Of a stretch of 64,000 nt of DNA, positions 10,262 through 18,353 are shown one piece after another; positions within the stretch are counted from its first letter, which is position 1; each line of letters begins with the position of its first letter. Under the pieces are notes generated by a model. The model worked only from the letters and a program-made list of their open reading frames with translations. It was not told the DNA's origin and did no database searches. The translations under genes and the position numbers were made by a program. Location: positions 124,001-188,000 of IMG/VR virus record IMGVR_UViG_3300034104_005687. One strand, written 5' to 3'.

Positions 10262-10632
10262 TGCGAGCACAGGAGTTCATCACTGAGCGTGACGGCAAAA
10301 TAGGCACACGTAGACAAGCTGCTACTGTGGGTCTAAACACCTTTGGTGATGCTGAACGAACCAACAGTGATTATACTCTCAATCGTGTGATGATGGCTGT
10401 GGCCATGGCTGATGGTTCTGATGATGTCATAGACATGGATGAAAAAAGCTGGATAGGTAAAAAACGTGCAGCTTTTCCTTATACACAAGTTGAACAAGAC
10501 ATGTTGAAACAGGCCTACAAAGCAGCAGGCGCTGTGTATCAAGATATCAACAAAGGAGATCTTGACTCCGAAGAACACCCTGCAGTACATGTCACCAGTC
10601 CAGTTAAAGCTTTCAAGGGATATCCTCGATGA
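10261..10632 (+). CDS. putative internal head protein, paralogue A
   Basis: N-terminus MRAQEFITE (CTS-like), C-terminus SPVKAFKGYPR. Confidence 0.65.
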   Translation: MRAQEFITERDGKIGTRRQAATVGLNTFGDAERTNSDYTLNRVMMAVAMADGSDDVIDMDEKSWIGKKRAAFPYTQVEQDMLKQAYKAAGAVYQDINKGDLDSEEHPAVHVTSPVKAFKGYPR

Positions 10633-11015
10633 GAGCTAGAGAATTTATTCGCGAGCAGAAAGAGCTTCCTCCCGAAACAGCAGAGCCTATGCAATACACT
10701 TATACGCTGCCGGGACTTAGTGCAGCTGATCCATACAAATCTTATCGCATGGGTGTTGCGCTGGCCCGTGCCCGTAGTGAATACCGCAAAGACAATGTGA
10801 ATCCACACATGCCTGAATGGTCAGCAGAAACAGCATTTGGTGAGCATGCTGTGATATCAGGAATGAATTCTGGTATTGAACAGATCATTGACGCCGCGCT
10901 GGCAATGACTGATACTCCAGGTGGCAAACGCTTGGTCAGCACACCTGAAAGCAACGAACCCAAGTTTGTAACAACTCAGAGCCCAGTCAATGCCTTCAAA
11001 GGCTACCCACGCTGA
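10629..11015 (+). CDS. putative internal head protein, paralogue B
   Basis: N-terminus MRAREFIRE (CTS-like), C-terminus SPVNAFKGYPR. Confidence 0.65.
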   Translation: MRAREFIREQKELPPETAEPMQYTYTLPGLSAADPYKSYRMGVALARARSEYRKDNVNPHMPEWSAETAFGEHAVISGMNSGIEQIIDAALAMTDTPGGKRLVSTPESNEPKFVTTQSPVNAFKGYPR

Positions 11016-11057
11016 TTGTTTTTTTTTGCTAAATATTCCAACATAGAAATTTAGCAA

Positions 11058-11666
11058 ATGGCCAATCCACCTCCACCATACGACAACATCACAGGCATAA
11101 GCCGTGCTGTAATGAAAGACAACGCACAAGAAACCATTGGCGATTACAACGGTGTTGCTCGCCCCAGCGAATTAGTAGTCAATCAACTCACACAAGATAT
11201 CTATGTAGGCAACGTCAATGGAAATCTAAATTTGGTTGCATACGGATCTGGTGTTACCAGCACCACAACATTCAACCCGCAGTTCACTGACGGATCAGGC
11301 ACATTTGCTGGCGGCACTGCCACTGCATCCTATGTGCGTATGGGTCCGCTGATGTATATACATGTGTATGTGGATTTTACAGGGGTTACCAACTTTGGCA
11401 GCACAGGATATCAGATTACACTGCCCACACCCGCAATAAACACATTTAGACTGGCCGGCGGCAGTCTGCATCAAACAGCCGGTGCTGGTTCTCCTGCCCT
11501 GTATCATATTGCTGGAATCACAGACGTCGTTGACAGCACCACAGTTATGAAACTATACTATTCTGGCAGCACCACTGATCTAGTTTGGAAATTCAACACT
11601 CCAGCCACAGGCGCCTGGCAATCAGGCGCACACTTTGATATCTCGGGTACTTACCAAATAGCATAA
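11058..11666 (+). CDS. short fibre/receptor-binding-like virion protein
   Basis: First ~65 aa are shared with the next gene. C-terminal beta-sandwich-like region (YVRMGPLMYIHVYVDF...ITLP...DISGTYQI). Late promoter at 11030-11035. Confidence 0.6.
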   Translation: MANPPPPYDNITGISRAVMKDNAQETIGDYNGVARPSELVVNQLTQDIYVGNVNGNLNLVAYGSGVTSTTTFNPQFTDGSGTFAGGTATASYVRMGPLMYIHVYVDFTGVTNFGSTGYQITLPTPAINTFRLAGGSLHQTAGAGSPALYHIAGITDVVDSTTVMKLYYSGSTTDLVWKFNTPATGAWQSGAHFDISGTYQIA

Positions 11667-11702
11667 CATGGCCAATCCACCTCCACCATACGACAACATC
11701 AC
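11058..11702 (+). repeat. 35-nt identical direct repeat at the starts of the two fibre genes (11058-11092 and 11668-11702)
   Basis: ATGGCCAATCCACCTCCACCATACGACAACATCAC occurs in both places. Confidence 0.95.
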
Positions 11703-13134
11703 CGGCATTTCACGTGCCGCAATGAAGGACAATGCTCAAGAGACATTGGCCAACTACAACGGCAATGCTAGACCTGGCGAACTGGTAGTAGATCAAACCA
11801 CAAGCATTGTGTATGTGGGCAACGCTCTAGGCGACCTAACAGCAGTGGCCACACCGGGTGGTGCAACAACCTGGGCACTGTTAAGCAACAAAGATGGTGC
11901 CGCAGGACCCACTATCATAGCCCTGGGCCAAAATGCTGGATTTGACGGCCAGGCCAATGCTGCCATAGCCCTGGGTGAGGCAGCCGGTGCGGGAGGCCAA
12001 AATTCAGCAGCAATTGCAATTGGACAAAATTCCGGGGCCAACACCACCCAAGGCTCGAGTGCTGTGGCCATTGGTGTCTCAACTGGATTTGATGCTCAAG
12101 GCCAGTACGGCGTGGCTATTGGTGCATTTACTGCAACAACTTTGCAAGGTGCTCGATCAGTGGCCATTGGACTCAGTAGTGGCCAAACCACACAAGGCAC
12201 TGACGCTGTGGCCATTGGTCAATATGCCGGCAACGAAGTACAAAGCGTCTCAGCAGTGGCCATTGGTAACAATGCTGGTTATACTGGTCAAGGCATAAGT
12301 TCTGTGGCCATTGGCCAAGGTGCTGGTTTGACCAATCAAGGTAATCAAAGTGTTGCAATTGGACAAAATGCTGGCGCCACCCAAGGATCAACAGCAGTGG
12401 CAATTGGACAAAATGCCGGCGGCGGTGTTGCTTTGCAAGGTGATGACGCAGTGGCCATTGGCCACGGTGCAGGCGCAAATACTCAAGGTACTCAATCAGT
12501 TGCCATTGGATTATATGCTGGCCAGGATGCCCAAGGTATCCAATCAGTAGCCATTGGATCTAGTGCTGGATTGTCTGCACAAGGCAATGTTACAGTGGCC
12601 ATTGGCGTTGGTGCTGGCTCAACCACACAAGGCACTCAATCAGTTGCTGTTGGTAAGCAAGCCGGGCAAACCACACAAGGTGCTTATTCTGTAGCGGTTG
12701 GCGACAGCGCCGGATTAACCACACAAGGTATTCAATCAGTAGCAGTGGGGCAACGAGCTGGATTTTCCAATCAAAGTCCTTATGCAGTGGCCATAGGAGC
12801 GTATGCTGGTAATTCAGCACAGGGTGAGCGAACAGTAGCAGTCGGATACGGCGCTGGAATAGCCTCACAAGGTAATAGTTCAGTAGCCATTGGAAACTTT
12901 GCTGGTAACTCAAGCCAAGGTACATATTCTATAGCAATTGGATCTAATGCTGGTGACGTCAGTCAAGCCAACAACTCAATTATTCTAAATGCCTCTGGCG
13001 GCCCATTAAATCAAACCACAGCCAACACATTCACAGTGAAACCTGTGCGCAACGGTGGTTCCAGCGGATTACCTGCAGGCTTCTACCAAATGGCATACAA
13101 TCCCACAACTGGTGAAATTGTTTACTACACTTAA
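11668..13134 (+). CDS. fibre/adhesin with YadA-head-like beta-roll repeats
   Basis: About 22 copies of a ~16-aa repeat QGxx(A/S)VAIGxxAGxxx. Same N-terminal anchor as 11058. Confidence 0.75.
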   Translation: MANPPPPYDNITGISRAAMKDNAQETLANYNGNARPGELVVDQTTSIVYVGNALGDLTAVATPGGATTWALLSNKDGAAGPTIIALGQNAGFDGQANAAIALGEAAGAGGQNSAAIAIGQNSGANTTQGSSAVAIGVSTGFDAQGQYGVAIGAFTATTLQGARSVAIGLSSGQTTQGTDAVAIGQYAGNEVQSVSAVAIGNNAGYTGQGISSVAIGQGAGLTNQGNQSVAIGQNAGATQGSTAVAIGQNAGGGVALQGDDAVAIGHGAGANTQGTQSVAIGLYAGQDAQGIQSVAIGSSAGLSAQGNVTVAIGVGAGSTTQGTQSVAVGKQAGQTTQGAYSVAVGDSAGLTTQGIQSVAVGQRAGFSNQSPYAVAIGAYAGNSAQGERTVAVGYGAGIASQGNSSVAIGNFAGNSSQGTYSIAIGSNAGDVSQANNSIILNASGGPLNQTTANTFTVKPVRNGGSSGLPAGFYQMAYNPTTGEIVYYT

Positions 13135-13141
13135 TATCGAT

Positions 13142-13576
13142 ATGAAAAAACTACTACTCTCTCTACTACTGATTCCATGCTTGGTCATGGCACAAAAAAC
13201 ACCAAAAGGTGCAACCTATGACGCACAAATTGTGCGCATCAACGATGGCGACACTGTGGTAATTTCCGCACCATTCTTGCCTGCTCCGCTCAAGCCTGAA
13301 CTGGCTGTGCGAATCTTTGGTGTTGACACTCCTGAAAAAGGACATAGAGCACAATGTCCGCAAGAAAATGCCCGCGGTCTAGCAGCCACAGAGTTTACCA
13401 AAAATGCAATAGCAACCAGTCAACAACGACAAGTCACACTGTATGCCTGGGACAAGTTTGGTGGTCGTGTGCTGGGTGATATCATTCTAGATGGCCGTAG
13501 CCTGCGTCAAGGACTGATTGCCAATGGGTTTGCTCGTGAATACTACGGTGACGCCAAACAAAGCTGGTGTAATTAA
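13142..13576 (+). CDS. staphylococcal nuclease (thermonuclease) homologue with signal peptide
   Basis: DGDTV, VRIFGVDTPE, DKFGGRVLG, LIANGFA motifs. N-terminal MKKLLLSLLLIPCLVMA. Start corrected from 13055. Confidence 0.9.
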   Translation: MKKLLLSLLLIPCLVMAQKTPKGATYDAQIVRINDGDTVVISAPFLPAPLKPELAVRIFGVDTPEKGHRAQCPQENARGLAATEFTKNAIATSQQRQVTLYAWDKFGGRVLGDIILDGRSLRQGLIANGFAREYYGDAKQSWCN

Positions 13577-13608
13577 TTTCTCAATCAAATTGGGCATGTA
13601 AATACTGC

Positions 13609-14751
13609 ATGTCCAATTTCTTTTGCGCAGCCCCCTGGCGTGGCCTGCATATCAATCCCCGAGGCGATGTCAAAACCTGCTGTGCAGGCAATCCCAACAT
13701 GCTGGGAAATCTAAATCAACAAAGCATTGTTGAAATTCTCAACAGCAACTTGATGGCAGAAATACGCCAAAACTTAGCACAGGGGCAACCTCATGAATAT
13801 TGCTCTAACTGTGTTCGTGCTGAACGTTTTGGCGCCGATAGTGAACGTAAATGGCACAACGATGTCAATCCAGATTTTGATTATGCCACAGCTGGAGATC
13901 AATATCATTATCCTGTGATTGTTGATGTGCGATGGAATACAACCTGCAATCTGAGTTGTAACTATTGCGGCGAAGCATGCAGTAGCAAATGGGCCAGCAT
14001 CAAAGGAATACCATTCAAGTCAGGCGCCAGACCCTATTATGATCAAGTTTGTGATTTTATTGAGCAACATTACAATCACATACATGAAGTTGCGCTGGTC
14101 GGTGGCGAACCGTTGTTGTTGCCTGAAAACGAACGACTGCTGGATGTCATCCCCAAAGATGCCATTGTTACATTGATTACCAATCTCAACGTTGACTTTG
14201 AAAAAAACAAAATATTCCAAAAGCTTGCTGCTCGTAACCGAGTAGGGTGGTCAATGAGTTTTGATAACATTGGGCCCAGACTTGAATATGTTCGACATGG
14301 TGCAAGCTGGAACACAATCAAAAACAATCTTGCTGTGATCAAAGATTTGATGAAAACACAAGGTCAGTGGGGCGGAATTCACGCAGTGTACAACCTCTAC
14401 AGCGCCACACGTATTTGCGAACTGCGTGAATTTGCTGACAAAACAGGTACCACAGTGCTGTGGCAAAATCTGTTTCAACCCGATTATCTTGATCCGTTCT
14501 TGCATGGTCCAGAAGTAGCGCAAGCTGCCATTGCAGAAATTGAACGTTTTTACGCCATGGGAATAGCAACACCAGCTGAACGCATGTTCTTTGATCAAGC
14601 CTTGCAGAATTATCAAACAGTTAAAACAGCACACCCTGGGATTGAACGTAAATTTGCAAAGCACATTCAAGAAATTGAATCAACGTATCACCCAGACACA
14701 AAAGGAAAGTTTGCCACATTGTGGCCTGAACTAGCAAGTTTATGCAAATAA
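13609..14751 (+). CDS. radical SAM protein with N-terminal SPASM/Twitch-like Cys cluster
   Basis: CAAPW..LHINPRGDVKTCC...CSNC, then CNLSCNYC and GGEP. Late promoter at 13599-13604. Confidence 0.88.
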   Translation: MSNFFCAAPWRGLHINPRGDVKTCCAGNPNMLGNLNQQSIVEILNSNLMAEIRQNLAQGQPHEYCSNCVRAERFGADSERKWHNDVNPDFDYATAGDQYHYPVIVDVRWNTTCNLSCNYCGEACSSKWASIKGIPFKSGARPYYDQVCDFIEQHYNHIHEVALVGGEPLLLPENERLLDVIPKDAIVTLITNLNVDFEKNKIFQKLAARNRVGWSMSFDNIGPRLEYVRHGASWNTIKNNLAVIKDLMKTQGQWGGIHAVYNLYSATRICELREFADKTGTTVLWQNLFQPDYLDPFLHGPEVAQAAIAEIERFYAMGIATPAERMFFDQALQNYQTVKTAHPGIERKFAKHIQEIESTYHPDTKGKFATLWPELASLCK

Positions 14752-15890
14752 CACAAAGCCCTACTTTTTGTCCAGCACCCTGGACCAGTATCAACATAGA
14801 TCAAACAGGCTTAGTAATGCCATGTTTTCACACTGGCTATGAATTAGGTAATATCAAACGCATACCTATTCAACAAGTGTTAAAAGACAACCCGATTAAA
14901 GACATAAGACAGACTATGGCACGTGGTGAATGGCACAAAGCATGCGCCTGGTGTAAGAGGCTTGAAGAAACTACTGGATCCAGCGGAAGAACTGTGAGAA
15001 ATACAAACCCAGAGACATTGGCAGCTATTGATGCTGATATAGATTTTTTTAAGCTGGAGCAGTTGGTAGTCAATTGGAGTAATCTTTGCAATTTAACCTG
15101 TGTGTATTGCAACGATCACACGTCAACGGCTTGGCAAAGCATTAAAAAAATTCCCATCAATTATGTCAAAAACGAACACGACGATTTAATTGAGTTGGTC
15201 AAAACACAAGGTCATAACATTCAAGGATTGTCCCTGGGCGGTGGAGAGCCACTGCTGCAAAAAGGACTTGATGTATTTTTAAGTTACCTTAATCCTGCCA
15301 CAGTATCAGTAATGGTCACTACCAATCTCAGCATGGAAATTACAACCAATCCTATCTATCAAATTCTTAAAACATGGCCCAAGGTAGAATGGATGGTGAG
15401 CTTTGACAATGCCAACAAAGAAAAGTTTGAATATGTTAGAGATCGAGCAAATTGGGAACAGTTTGTAAAAAATTTGCGACAAATGAAACAAGATGGGCAG
15501 CAGGTAAGTGCACATCCTGCGTACAGTATCTATTGCGCATTAGATCTTGAAGAATACTATGATTTTTGTACAAGTGAAAATTTGAATATTTACTGGTGCG
15601 AACTCAATCATCCGATAGAATTGGACATACGGAGACATTCTCAAACATTGCGAGACTTGGCAGTCGGAGAAATCAATCGGGTGATAGATAAGTATGGCGA
15701 TAGAAACGGTTTGGCAATTGATGTGTTGAAAACTTACCGTAATACGTTACAAGACAATAGCTACCTCAAGTATCAAGAAAATTTTAAATCATCAAAAACG
15801 TTAGCATGGCACGTAGACATAGAAAACACTTTGAAAAAAACAAACAAGTTTGTTGACTTATGGCCAGCACTGGCAAAGGAAATACAATGA
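14742..15890 (+). CDS. radical SAM protein with N-terminal SPASM/Twitch-like Cys cluster (paralogue)
   Basis: CPAPWTSINIDQTG.VMPC...CAWC, then CNLTCVYC and GGGEP. Confidence 0.88.
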   Translation: MQITQSPTFCPAPWTSINIDQTGLVMPCFHTGYELGNIKRIPIQQVLKDNPIKDIRQTMARGEWHKACAWCKRLEETTGSSGRTVRNTNPETLAAIDADIDFFKLEQLVVNWSNLCNLTCVYCNDHTSTAWQSIKKIPINYVKNEHDDLIELVKTQGHNIQGLSLGGGEPLLQKGLDVFLSYLNPATVSVMVTTNLSMEITTNPIYQILKTWPKVEWMVSFDNANKEKFEYVRDRANWEQFVKNLRQMKQDGQQVSAHPAYSIYCALDLEEYYDFCTSENLNIYWCELNHPIELDIRRHSQTLRDLAVGEINRVIDKYGDRNGLAIDVLKTYRNTLQDNSYLKYQENFKSSKTLAWHVDIENTLKKTNKFVDLWPALAKEIQ

Positions 15891-16660
15891 CACAATTCAA
15901 AAACACTCCTGTTCATTTTGGTAGCCATAATGCCAATGAAACGCTTGATTGGATGCCCACTGACACCAAAGAAAGTTACGAAAAACTAATTCAAGATCCA
16001 GACCATCGAGCTTATTTTGCCAAAATGGGATGGGATCGGCCAGGCGCTATCACATACCGGATCAACAGTCACGGATTCCGTGCTGACGAATTCGATGGCG
16101 GCCCATACATGGTTGCCTTGGGTTGTAGTTATACTGTGGGCATTGGTTTGCCCGACGAAACAACCTGGGCCAGACAAACTGCCACTGCATTGGGCATGAA
16201 ATGCGCCAACTTGTCATGGGGAGGGTATAGTGCTGATAGTTGTTTTCGATTGGCCGAATACTGGATTCCTGCACTAAAGCCTGACTATGTGTGCATGCTA
16301 GTACCGCCAAGTCATAGAGTCGAACTGTTGCTTGATAACCAGGACCCGCTACTGGGCGATCGTCAAGTAATGGCAGAAGTGTTTATGCCAGAGAGTCAAA
16401 GCCAGTTGTTTAATCCAAACGATCGCTATCTCAAACATTGGTTTCTGAATGACGAGAATGCAATGATAAATCAACGCAAGAACGTTTTGGCGATACGACA
16501 ATTGTGTGCTGACTTAAATATTCCATGTACTATTTTGGATGCCGACCAGCATATGTGGTGGAGCCGTGAAGAAATTGGTTATGCAAGAGATTATATGCAC
16601 GGTGGCCCAAAGATACACGATATACTGACCAAGAAATTTGTAGATGGTTATAAAAAGTAG
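15887..16660 (+). CDS. SGNH/GDSL-like hydrolase-fold protein
   Basis: VALGCSYTVG block I-like, NLSWGG, C-terminal RDYMHGG (DxxH). Start at the ATGA overlap (15887). Confidence 0.5.
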   Translation: MTQFKNTPVHFGSHNANETLDWMPTDTKESYEKLIQDPDHRAYFAKMGWDRPGAITYRINSHGFRADEFDGGPYMVALGCSYTVGIGLPDETTWARQTATALGMKCANLSWGGYSADSCFRLAEYWIPALKPDYVCMLVPPSHRVELLLDNQDPLLGDRQVMAEVFMPESQSQLFNPNDRYLKHWFLNDENAMINQRKNVLAIRQLCADLNIPCTILDADQHMWWSREEIGYARDYMHGGPKIHDILTKKFVDGYKK

Positions 16661-16757
16661 TTTAAAAACAGTGCACATGGACAATACCAAAATAAAATTC
16701 TTACTTTTCTTGACACAATCGGGCGCATTGTGGAATTGCAACCAGGATAGCAAATGA
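16644..16757 (+). CDS. possible 37-aa micro-ORF (MVIKSSLKTVHMDNTK...)
   Basis: Fills the gap before terL and ends in an ATGA overlap with the terL start. No homology recognised. Confidence 0.25.
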   Translation: MVIKSSLKTVHMDNTKIKFLLFLTQSGALWNCNQDSK

Positions 16758-18343
16758 TTGGTCCAAAACTCAACACGCTTGACGCAATACTGGTCAAAGC
16801 ACCGCACCGTAGAGAAACCTATTCAGAATCTGAGCTGGAGCAGTTTGCTCGTTGTGCTGATCCTGTGACCGGTCCCATGTACTTCATGGACAACTTTTTT
16901 CATATTCAGCACCCTACCAAGGGAAAGATGCTGTATCACCCGTTTGATTATCAAAAAAAGCTGATTGAAAATTACCACACCAATCGTTTTAGTATCTCAT
17001 TGATGCCTCGACAAACTGGCAAAAGTACCAGTGCAGCAGGATACTTGTTGTGGTACGCTATGTTTGTACCCGACGCTACTATCCTAATTGCAGCGCACAA
17101 GTACCTGGGCGCACAGGAAATCATGCAACGTATAAGATATGCTTATGAGTTGTGCCCCAATCACATTCGTGCAGGTGCCACCAGCTACAACAAAGGCAGC
17201 TTGGAGTTTGACAACGGGTCACGTATTGTAAGCCAAACAACAACTGAAAACACTGGTCGAGGTATGAGTATTACCTTGCTGTATCTAGACGAGTTTGCGT
17301 TCGTGCGCCCCACTATTGCCAAAGAGTTTTGGACTTCAATTACACCCACATTGAGCACAGGTGGTAAAGCCATTATCACATCAACTCCCAACTCAGACGA
17401 AGATCAGTTTGCTTACATCTGGAAAGGTGCCAACAAAATCGAAGACGAGTTTGGTAACCCAAGGCCCAACGGACTGGGCATCAACGGATTCCGAGCTTTT
17501 CGTGCTTTTTGGCGTGAGCACCCGGACCGTGATGATGCATGGGCAGAAGAACAACGAGCACAGCTGGGCGAAGAACGTTTTCGTCGAGAAATGGATTGTG
17601 AATTTGTGCAGGATGAGGAAACTCTAATTAACCCACTTAAATTAATGGATTTGGCAGGAACAGATCCTATATACAAGACTGGACAAGTTCGTTGGTTTAA
17701 AAAGCCTGAGAAAGATAAAATCTATGTAATTGCATTAGATCCTAGCTTAGGCACCGGTGGAGACCCAGCGGCTATTCAGGTTTTCGAAGCTAACACCACA
17801 ATCCAGGTAGCCGAGTGGCGGCATAACAAAACTATAGTTCCTGAACAAGTTCGTATAATGGTTGACATATGTCGGCATATTAACGAAACGGTCACTGACT
17901 CAAAAAATATTTATTATTCAGTAGAAAATAACACCCTAGGAGAAGCTGCTCTTGTGTCCATTGAACATTACGGGGAAGAAAATATTCCTGGATATTTTTT
18001 AAGCGACAATTCTGTTGTTAACTCTAGTGGCCGAAGATATCGCAAAGGATTTAATACTACCAATAAAAGCAAGTTAGCAGCATGTAGCAAGTTTAAAACA
18101 TTAGTTGAGACTGGCAAGATGACTATTAACAGTGGATTACTAGTCAGTGAACTAAAGACCTTTGTGGCTAACGGCTCTGGTTATGCCGCCAAACCCGGCG
18201 AGACTGATGACTTAATTATGGGCTCGTTATTGGCAGTACGCATGTTGCAATTATTGCAAAGTTATCATAGTGAGCTAGATACTCAGATGCGAGATTTTGC
18301 TGATACGATGATAGAGCCGTTGCCGTTTATATTGATGCGCTAA
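16754..18343 (+). CDS. terL: terminase large subunit
   Basis: Walker A MPRQTGKS, Walker B LYLDEFAF, TSTPN coupling motif, nuclease ALDPSLG and DDLIM. Confidence 0.96.
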   Translation: MIGPKLNTLDAILVKAPHRRETYSESELEQFARCADPVTGPMYFMDNFFHIQHPTKGKMLYHPFDYQKKLIENYHTNRFSISLMPRQTGKSTSAAGYLLWYAMFVPDATILIAAHKYLGAQEIMQRIRYAYELCPNHIRAGATSYNKGSLEFDNGSRIVSQTTTENTGRGMSITLLYLDEFAFVRPTIAKEFWTSITPTLSTGGKAIITSTPNSDEDQFAYIWKGANKIEDEFGNPRPNGLGINGFRAFRAFWREHPDRDDAWAEEQRAQLGEERFRREMDCEFVQDEETLINPLKLMDLAGTDPIYKTGQVRWFKKPEKDKIYVIALDPSLGTGGDPAAIQVFEANTTIQVAEWRHNKTIVPEQVRIMVDICRHINETVTDSKNIYYSVENNTLGEAALVSIEHYGEENIPGYFLSDNSVVNSSGRRYRKGFNTTNKSKLAACSKFKTLVETGKMTINSGLLVSELKTFVANGSGYAAKPGETDDLIMGSLLAVRMLQLLQSYHSELDTQMRDFADTMIEPLPFILMR

Positions 18344-18353
18344 ATATACTACC

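Noticed and set aside
11950-12990. 48-nt periodic repeats as a CRISPR array or DGR template/variable pair
   Set aside because: They are in-frame protein repeats. There is no reverse transcriptase and no adenine-specific TR/VR pair in the window.
13055-13141. ORF-track upstream starts (13055, 15860, 38279, 41775, 46402, 54365, 54828, 56494, 62518, 30626)
   Set aside because: They overlap the previous gene or promoter. Downstream ATGs fit coupling, SD, signal peptide or family N-termini better.
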